A stretch of DNA of 64,000 bases, taken from NCBI GenBank assembly GCA_001600695.1, contig BCKQ01000023.1, positions 38,354 through 102,353 on the forward strand, in the 5' to 3' direction. The position numbers and the translations under genes are program-made. This stretch comes from Ascoidea asiatica JCM 7603. Lineage: Eukaryota > Fungi > Ascomycota. The notes beneath the pieces were generated by a model. It saw only the letters and a program-made list of their open reading frames with translations. It was not told where the DNA came from and made no database searches. The number at the start of each line of letters is the position of its first letter. Within the stretch, counting starts at the first letter, position 1. Of this stretch, positions 56,208 through 64,000 are shown one piece after another.

Positions 56208-57351
56208 CTAAATATCTTTTTTGTAGAATTATTATTTCAATTTAAAATACAAAAGAATAAATCAACTTTAAATAGGTTGTTAAAATAATTTATTTATTCA
56301 AAAGTTAAAATTTTATTGAATAGAAAAGAATCGGAAAAATAATTTACTTTTTTTTAAAAAAAAAGAAGATATTCTGATATTTATATTCTTTATATACAGT
56401 GAAACAATTTTATGATACGGGGTGGGTTATATATAAGTGAAAGCTATCAATGCATTCTTATCATTCTTTCAATTAAAAAATGGGAATAATTGAAGAGTAT
56501 CTTTTCCACATTTTTTTTTGTATTATAAAGAGCAAGGGAAATTAATATGGTTAAGTTTAAATAAGAAAACTAAAGTTATAAAATAATTTGTGGGTTAAAT
56601 TTCACAATAAACAGTAGTTAGTAATAATATAGAAAATATTGTTAGATCCAGCTATCGAATTGAAAACAATTAAGTATATAAAAGTCGGTTTTATTCCTTG
56701 ACTTTAGTTCACTTTAGAGCTTCATTAAAAAGATGATAAGTTTTCAACTTAAGATATCATAATAGAGTAGTATTTATGATAATTTATATCCGAGTTTCAA
56801 ATAAAGATGAAAATCCAAATAGCATATTAAAGTATAATTGAGCTTGAAATTGTTTTTTTTGAAGTATTTCACTGCATTTATAGTCATAAATTGAAGTGAA
56901 CTAATTCAGATTCTCCACTAATTATGACCTAATATTGATCTGAATTCAATATCAATATCAGATCATTTTTTTCTAAATCAAATTTCGGATGTTTTATATC
57001 CAACAGAATCTAATGAAATGACAATTCTGATAAACATATAATTTCAATATGTTATCGAAATTATTCTTTCCATAGCTACAAATAACAGTTTAGGGATTAT
57101 TCCGACTGGTTTATAATGCGATTTAATGCTTAAAGCATGCACTTCAAAGCTTAAATTGTTAGCGTGAGTGTCTGTAGGGCTTAGCTCTGCCCTGCATAAT
57201 CAAGAACTCTACTGCATCTCGCTCTTATGGAAAACAAATGAGATTATATTTAAAAATTATTATAAAGGAAAAATAAAAGAAAAAAGAAAAAGTAAACTTA
57301 AAGTAAGAACATATTTTACTTATAAAGAAAAAAACAAGAGTCTAAAACTAT

Positions 57352-59058
57352 CTAAAGACTGTATTTGAAAAAAGGACTCTTATTACCCATTTCTGCTAAA
57401 ACTTTTGGATCAACGTTATCATATTTACCATTAGCAATATCTTTTTCATTTTGAGAATTGATTTTTGAATATAATGCAACCAATATGAATAAAGATATCA
57501 TACCTAAAAGAATAAATCCTAATTCTAATGAATGTCCCATAATATATTTTGGGGAATCTTGACTTCTATAAAAATTTGAAGCAAATGCACCTCCGAAGTT
57601 TCCCATACCTATGTGAATGGCCATTCCAATTGCTCTTTTATAATCACCAGCTAGATTATTAGCCAACCAAGTTACCATTCCAGGGAATGCAGGATTACAA
57701 CCAATAGCAACTAAAAATATACCAGCATAAATTGCCCCTGGCTTTTCAGTAACATCAACTCCAATACAAACCGAATAACCAATAATCATTAAAAACATCG
57801 ATAATAATATAAATGGCGATCTCATTTTCATTCTATCTGATAACCAAGATTGAGTCACAGCAACTACTGAAGCAGTAATGTAAATTGGAACAGTTAATAA
57901 TTGAGCTTGAGCAGATGAATAACCTAAAGTTCTAATAATTGTTGGCAAAAATAAAGAAACTCCATATATTGGACAACAAGCAGCATAATAAACTATAATA
58001 TGTAAATAGATTTGCCAATCCAATAAAGCCTGTTTGAGATATTTAAGACTTGATTCATTTTCTGGTTTAGTTTCTGATTGATTAGTATTACTAATAATAT
58101 TATTATCTTCTTCTTTTTTCTGTTCAATATCAGTATTATTATTAGTATTTGAATAGTTTAAACCAGAATGATCACCGTCTTTTCGTAATCTTTCAATAAC
58201 ATAAGCTCTTTCTTCATCTGTTAGAAACTTAGCAGTTTCTGGATAATCATATAATAAAAATAAAGATAAAATTGCAATCACAACAGTTAAAATTCCTTCA
58301 AGAATAAAAATCCACTTGAACCCTCTTAAACCTGCAATTCCATCCATTTTTGCAATACCAAAAGCTAATATTCCACTAAAGGCTCCAGCAATTGTAGCAG
58401 CTGCAAAAAACATTGCTTGCCTGAATTGAATCTCATGTCTACAATACCATTGTGTTAAGTAATAGGCAATTCCAGGATATAATCCTGCTTCTGCAACACC
58501 TAAAAAGAATCTAGCTGCAAATAAACCTGCAAAATTATGACAAAGACCCATTAAAGTCATTACAATACCCCAGGCAATCATTATTGAAGGTAACCAAATT
58601 GAAGGTCTTGTCTTTTTTAAAATCATATTTGCAGGAACTTCAAAAATAGTATAGCTTATAAAAAAAATTGTTAAACATATATTATATTGATTTCCATGTA
58701 AATTCAAATCTTCAACAAGTCCTTCAATTTTAGCATTACCAATATTACCTCTATCTAAGAAAGCTAAAAGATATAAGACAGCTAATATTGGAATTAAATG
58801 AATATCTAATTTTCTCAACAATTTTTTTTCATCAATATCATTTTTTGTATTATAAGTATTTATGTCAGTGATATTTGTATTGTTATTATTATTATTATCA
58901 TTTGTAGTTAGATAAAAAGTTTTTCTATCCGTATTTAAAGAATTTGTGTCAAAAGAAGATTTTGTATATTCTTTTTCAATTGTAGTTGAAGAATCCAATT
59001 TAGTTAACTCTTTTGTTTTTAAATCATTTGAATTAATTGAATTGATATCTTGAGTCAT
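57352..59058 (-). CDS. MFS anion:cation symporter (Tna1/Dal5 family), paralog 2
   Basis: Same motifs as paralog 1; high identity to both neighbours. Confidence 0.92.
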   Translation of the reverse strand: MTQDINSINSNDLKTKELTKLDSSTTIEKEYTKSSFDTNSLNTDRKTFYLTTNDNNNNNNTNITDINTYNTKNDIDEKKLLRKLDIHLIPILAVLYLLAFLDRGNIGNAKIEGLVEDLNLHGNQYNICLTIFFISYTIFEVPANMILKKTRPSIWLPSIMIAWGIVMTLMGLCHNFAGLFAARFFLGVAEAGLYPGIAYYLTQWYCRHEIQFRQAMFFAAATIAGAFSGILAFGIAKMDGIAGLRGFKWIFILEGILTVVIAILSLFLLYDYPETAKFLTDEERAYVIERLRKDGDHSGLNYSNTNNNTDIEQKKEEDNNIISNTNQSETKPENESSLKYLKQALLDWQIYLHIIVYYAACCPIYGVSLFLPTIIRTLGYSSAQAQLLTVPIYITASVVAVTQSWLSDRMKMRSPFILLSMFLMIIGYSVCIGVDVTEKPGAIYAGIFLVAIGCNPAFPGMVTWLANNLAGDYKRAIGMAIHIGMGNFGGAFASNFYRSQDSPKYIMGHSLELGFILLGMISLFILVALYSKINSQNEKDIANGKYDNVDPKVLAEMGNKSPFFKYSL

Positions 59059-61108
59059 TTAATTGAAATGATTTGAATATTGAAAGAAATAATTTTTAAT
59101 ATGTATTTATAGTAATTATGAATAAATATAGAATAGAAGATATTTAAATTGAATTTAATAGAATAAAATGAACTTCAATAAAAACAACAAAATTAAAGAG
59201 AATCAAAAGAATATTTATATTATTCTTGAATTCTTTTTTTCGCTCTTTATCAAATTTATCTGATTTTCAATTTGAAAATATAAATGGAAAAAGTAACGTT
59301 AAATCGAAGCCAAGAGAAATTGGTCCCGATTAGTACAAATCAGCAAAACTAGCAATAAATGCAGTGAAGACAGTATCAAAAGTATCAAAAGTATCATAAG
59401 TATCAAATTCATCAGGATTATGAGCTGGAGCCGGTTCTGGAGAAGCAAATTTAAAGTTATGGAAAGCTGTTAAAAGCATTGAAAATGCCACACTTTTGGA
59501 TATGTATTTGAAGTAAAAATAAATAAAAATAAGTAAACTAGAAAAAAAAAAGGATTTGTTCTGATGTCACAAGCCTGGAAACCACAAAACAGGTAAATTT
59601 TTCTATTGAATGTGCAAGAACTTAAGTTTTATATGGCGGTTTTAAGCTCAGCAAAAGAAACAAGAGTTGCTGAATAAGAAAAACAAAAGACAGTGACATA
59701 GATAGGTGCCAAAGAAGCACGTGCGGAGAAGTGGCACCTCGGACTTGGGCCACAAAATGTAGTACCCGGGAGATCCCGGTGGAATTTTCTAGCTCAGGGA
59801 AAAATGAACTCATGTCCAGAACAAAATTGCTCCACTTTCCAGAGGTAGGAGCAAGGAAGTGCAGGCTTGCAGAACGGGGAACCTGCATTTTACATGCTTT
59901 TTTTAACATGACCTATGCAAAATGACATCTGTCACACCAGTCTGCCTTAACAGGAACTGTCTGAGACCCGGATAACAGCTGATTTGTGTTTGCGGGACAC
60001 CTTTCAATATTTGAAACACTGCCAAGCATATTGTCGCGGGACCGTGTACTTTTAGCCAAAACTTAGACCTTATCATGCGCACCTCGTATCTGGACTCGGG
60101 GGTGTCCATAGCACTGAAGTAATTTAAGGGGTGTTTAAAAATCTAGAGGGTTCATTCAGCCTGGGCCTATGACGTAGCTGAACATAAGCAGAGTTATATC
60201 AGATGTAGAATTCCAATAGTTTATTTTGTGTCTGGTTCTCAGCTGATGGCCAACAAGCTCTGCCTCTAATTTAGCTTTTGAAAGTGATAACATTTTCCCA
60301 CTTTCTGATCTTCGGCCCGTGAATTTTTACTTTTTTATATATATACAGTATATATACATTTTTTTTTTCTTTTCTTTCTATTCCTCTCTTAGTTGTTACT
60401 CTCATTGATTTTCAATAAATTTCAAGAAACAGCAGGATCGCTGATAAATTTTTTGAGGAGTCCAAAGAATAGTTTTAGTACGGAATCATCCTGGCTTCCC
60501 CGATCAGAATCACAGTTGAATCTTTTCCACCGCCATGGCCTGAATTAAATTCCAATTTACCACCCACTATGTTAATAATCTCAAAAGCTTGTATTGAAGA
60601 ATCGAAAATTTGATTTCATTACTTTTTTTAGTACCGTTAAAAGCTAAAATCTACTTTTGCAAAGAGGGGCATTTTCATTCCGTTTCAATTTGGGAAATCC
60701 TTTTACATTTTCTTTTTACTTTTAAATTATGAATACAAAATCTTAGTATTATCTAAGTAAAAACATATCAATAAAGAATGATAAAGATTTTTTTTTTTCG
60801 ATTTGTTTTTTTATTAATAAAAATTCATTAGAATTAACTAAACTATAGAAAAGAAAAAAAAAGTTTGTAAAATAAATAATAAAAAAGCATAAAAGAAAGA
60901 GAAGTTTAAAAATAAATCAATTCTTAACTGAATAAAATTTGACCGCCAGAATATATATATATGAATAATGAATTATGAATAAGAAAAACTTGAAATAAAA
61001 AAAGGAAATTGAAACAAAAATAATGAAGAATCTGAAATTCACTTCAGATTGAAACTGAAAATGAAATTTAGCTGAAATTAAAAAAATTCAATTGAAATTT
61101 AAATTCAG

Positions 61109-62752
61109 CTAATGAATGTAAACAAAATATGGACTTTTGTTACCTAATTCCTTTAAATCTTCTGGATTAACATTATCATATTTTCCATTGGCAATATCTT
61201 CTTTTCTCTTCTTATTTTCAAAATAATAATAAACATTGATAATCAATAAAGATATCATACCTAAAAGAATAAATCCTAATTCTAATGAATGTCCCATAAT
61301 ATATTTTGGAGAATCTTGACTTCTGTAGAAATTTGATGCAAATGCACCTCCAAAATTTCCAATTCCAATATGAATGGCCATAGCAATTGCTCTTTTATAA
61401 TCTCCTGCCATATTTATTGCCAACCATGATACAATACCTGGAAATGATGGGTAACATCCACATGTTGCAAAAAAGATTCCTGCATAAATTGCTCCTGGTT
61501 TATCATTAATATTAACTCCAATACAAATCGAATATCCAATAATCATTAAAAACATTGAAAATACTATGAATGGAGATCTAACTTTTGCTTTATCTGATAA
61601 GTATGCTTGTGTAACTGCAATAATAGCTGATGCAACATAAATTGGAACTGTTAATAATTGTGCATGAGCTGATGAATATCCTAATGTTTTAATAATTGTT
61701 GGTAAAAATAATGATATACCATACATTGGACAAACTGCTGCAAAGTAAACTAAAATGTGTAAATAAACTTGCCAATCTGTGAATGCAGCAATTGTATATT
61801 TTTTTGATTTAGTTTTTTCTAACTCTCTATGAGCTTTTAAATCTAAAGTTTTATCTTCTTTTTTATCTTCATTTAATTCATTTGATTCAATTAGCTCATT
61901 TGTTCCAAATTCTGATCCAGTATGATCTCCATCTCTTCTTAATCTTTCAATAACATAAGCTCTCTCATTTTCAGTTAAAAATTTTGCAGTATCTGGATAA
62001 TCATAAAGAAAAAAAAATGAAATTGAAGCAACAACTACTGTTAAAATTCCTTCAAGAATGAAAATCCATTTAAAACCTCTTAAACCTCCAATTCCATCCA
62101 TTTTTGCAATACCAAAAGCTAATATTCCACTAAAGGCTCCAGCAATTGTAGCAGCTGCAAAAAACATTGCTTGTCTAAATTGCATTTCACTTCTACAATA
62201 CCATTGAGTTAAATAATATGCAACCCCTGGATATAAACCTGCTTCTGCTACACCTAAAAAGAATCTAGCTGCAAATAAACCAGCGAAATTATGACAAAGA
62301 CCCATTAAAGTCATTACAATACCCCATGCTACCATTATTGAAGGTAACCAAACTGAAGGTCTTGTTCTTTTTAAAATCATATTTGCAGGAATTTCAAATA
62401 CAGTGTATGTGATGAAAAAAATAGTTAAACAAACACTATATTGATTCCCATGTAAATTTAAATCTTCAACCATACCTTCGATTTTTGCATTACCTATATT
62501 ACCTCTATCTAAGAATGCTAAAAGATATAAAACTGCTAATACAGGTAATAAATGAAAATCCAATTTTCTTAATAGTTTTTTTTCATCAATTTCAGAGAAA
62601 TCATAACCATCAACAGTTATTGGATAATTTGAATCATTTTTAGTTACACCAGTTACCCCAGTTGAAACTGGAAAAGTTTCAACATTTGCAGTTGATTCTT
62701 TCTTTAAACTTGGATGTTCAGATTCTTTTGGTTCTAATGCTTGAACATTCAT
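61109..62752 (-). CDS. MFS anion:cation symporter (Tna1/Dal5 family), paralog 3
   Basis: Same motifs as paralogs 1 and 2. Confidence 0.92.
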   Translation of the reverse strand: MNVQALEPKESEHPSLKKESTANVETFPVSTGVTGVTKNDSNYPITVDGYDFSEIDEKKLLRKLDFHLLPVLAVLYLLAFLDRGNIGNAKIEGMVEDLNLHGNQYSVCLTIFFITYTVFEIPANMILKRTRPSVWLPSIMVAWGIVMTLMGLCHNFAGLFAARFFLGVAEAGLYPGVAYYLTQWYCRSEMQFRQAMFFAAATIAGAFSGILAFGIAKMDGIGGLRGFKWIFILEGILTVVVASISFFFLYDYPDTAKFLTENERAYVIERLRRDGDHTGSEFGTNELIESNELNEDKKEDKTLDLKAHRELEKTKSKKYTIAAFTDWQVYLHILVYFAAVCPMYGISLFLPTIIKTLGYSSAHAQLLTVPIYVASAIIAVTQAYLSDKAKVRSPFIVFSMFLMIIGYSICIGVNINDKPGAIYAGIFFATCGCYPSFPGIVSWLAINMAGDYKRAIAMAIHIGIGNFGGAFASNFYRSQDSPKYIMGHSLELGFILLGMISLLIINVYYYFENKKRKEDIANGKYDNVNPEDLKELGNKSPYFVYIH

Positions 62753-64000
62753 TTTGAATTAATATTACTCTAATTAATATATTGAATATATATGTATATA
62801 TATATATATATTTATAACTCGATTAATATGATTATTAAAGGATATATTTATAAATAGATAATGATATAATCTTTTTAATATATAATTAATAATTAGTAAC
62901 TAGTAGTTGATAATTAATAATTGATAATTGATAATTAAATTGAATAAAATTAAATAAAATCAAAATAAATTAATGAATTATAATGGAAAAAGCAGTAGTA
63001 TTTATATTATTGAACAAATAAGTAAATCAAAGAAATTGATTACAAATTAATAAAAAACTTTTAGGATTAAATTAAATTTAACAAAGAAATCAGGAAATCG
63101 GGAAATAAAAAAAGTAAAGAAAGTAATAGAAAACATTAGAAAATTTTTGAATATCGGACTTAAGAAAATCAGTAAAATAAAAATAATAATCAAACTTGTT
63201 TTAGTTAATCAACCGAGATTAAAAATGATAGATGAATTCAGATGCCCACCACGAAATTTAGATTACTTTGATATTTGATATTTGATATTTGAGATTTGAA
63301 ATAAAAGAGGGACCTGTGTAACAGAAAATATTTTCAGACAAATTGTCTTGTATTGATTAGCAGATAAATAGACAAATAAAACTCAAAAAAACACCAAAAC
63401 ACCATTTAAAATTGAGTTTTCAAATGGGAAATAAACAAGACATCGGACTTGTACTTAGTAAAAAAAGAATTGGACAAAGGATTGAATTATGTTTAATTGT
63501 GAAAAATTCGATGTTATCGAGAATAATACATAGTTAAAATAATAAAAAAAACAGCGTTGTTTAGTAGAAGAAGAGAGATAAGCTTAAATATATCACAGAG
63601 TTGTATAAAGACAAAAAGTAAGAATGAACCGAGATTTGAATTATTCCGCTTGGAAAAAGCCAAGACTAAAACCAGGTTGTTCCAGCCGCGCAGGGTAACG
63701 TGGGGCTAGAGCGTGGCTGAACTAGCTCAGGCCTCTGCGATCCGGAACTTTGTTTAGAGTACATTGCTATGAACTATTGAGAACTGCAGTAGACCCTGAT
63801 TGTAGTTCGAACGAAATATCTAATTATTACTAAGAATATATATTTAATTCAAATTATAAACAATTGTTAATTAGAATATAAACTATATAAAAATTATATA
63901 AAAAATATGGAAGGTAAGTGCCCTATTTATGTTAGTGGAAAATAGGAGCGGGTAACCCATCTTAAGAATAAATTTGTAAATTTAGTATGTGAAAGTTCAC

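Noticed and set aside
1-64000. Transposons, LTRs, CRISPR arrays, rRNA
   Set aside because: No transposase, RT or integrase ORFs, no recognisable LTR pairs near the tRNAs, no repeat-spacer arrays and no rRNA-like sequence seen.

Overview
Gene-dense, very AT-rich nuclear DNA from a budding yeast (Saccharomycotina). The Asn/Ile/Lys-rich, microsatellite-laden ORFs and scarce CTG codons suggest an Ascoidea-like lineage, but that is inference. The window holds 19 long protein genes with no obvious introns: an SREBP/Cph2-type bHLH, SAM35, PDR16-like, a DUF2075 helicase-like NTPase, LEU4, SAD1, an ECM3-like transporter, two head-to-head yapsin-like pseudoproteases, D-amino acid oxidase, RBP95/YCR016W-like, CCE1, CAND1, an Hrp1/Musashi-like RRM protein, two tandem Ulp2-type SUMO proteases, UBP8 and three tandem TNA1/DAL5-family MFS transporters. 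It also holds three tRNA genes (Phe-GAA, Ile-AAT, His-GTG). The most interesting items are: (1) a bacterial-type DUF2075 (Schlafen group-3 helicase-like) gene with an apparent mitochondrial presequence and a second start codon followed by an NLS-like motif; (2) a divergent pair of secreted pepsin-fold proteins in which none of the six catalytic D-T/S-G motifs survives and which share a distinctive conserved module; (3) a 53-aa Cys/His-rich zinc-ribbon microprotein ORF missed by the ORF track; (4) a hairpin-rich GC island inside a 5.7-kb gene-free interval; (5) GC-rich promoter islands beside AT-rich coding DNA. All family assignments come from motif recognition by eye; no searches were run.
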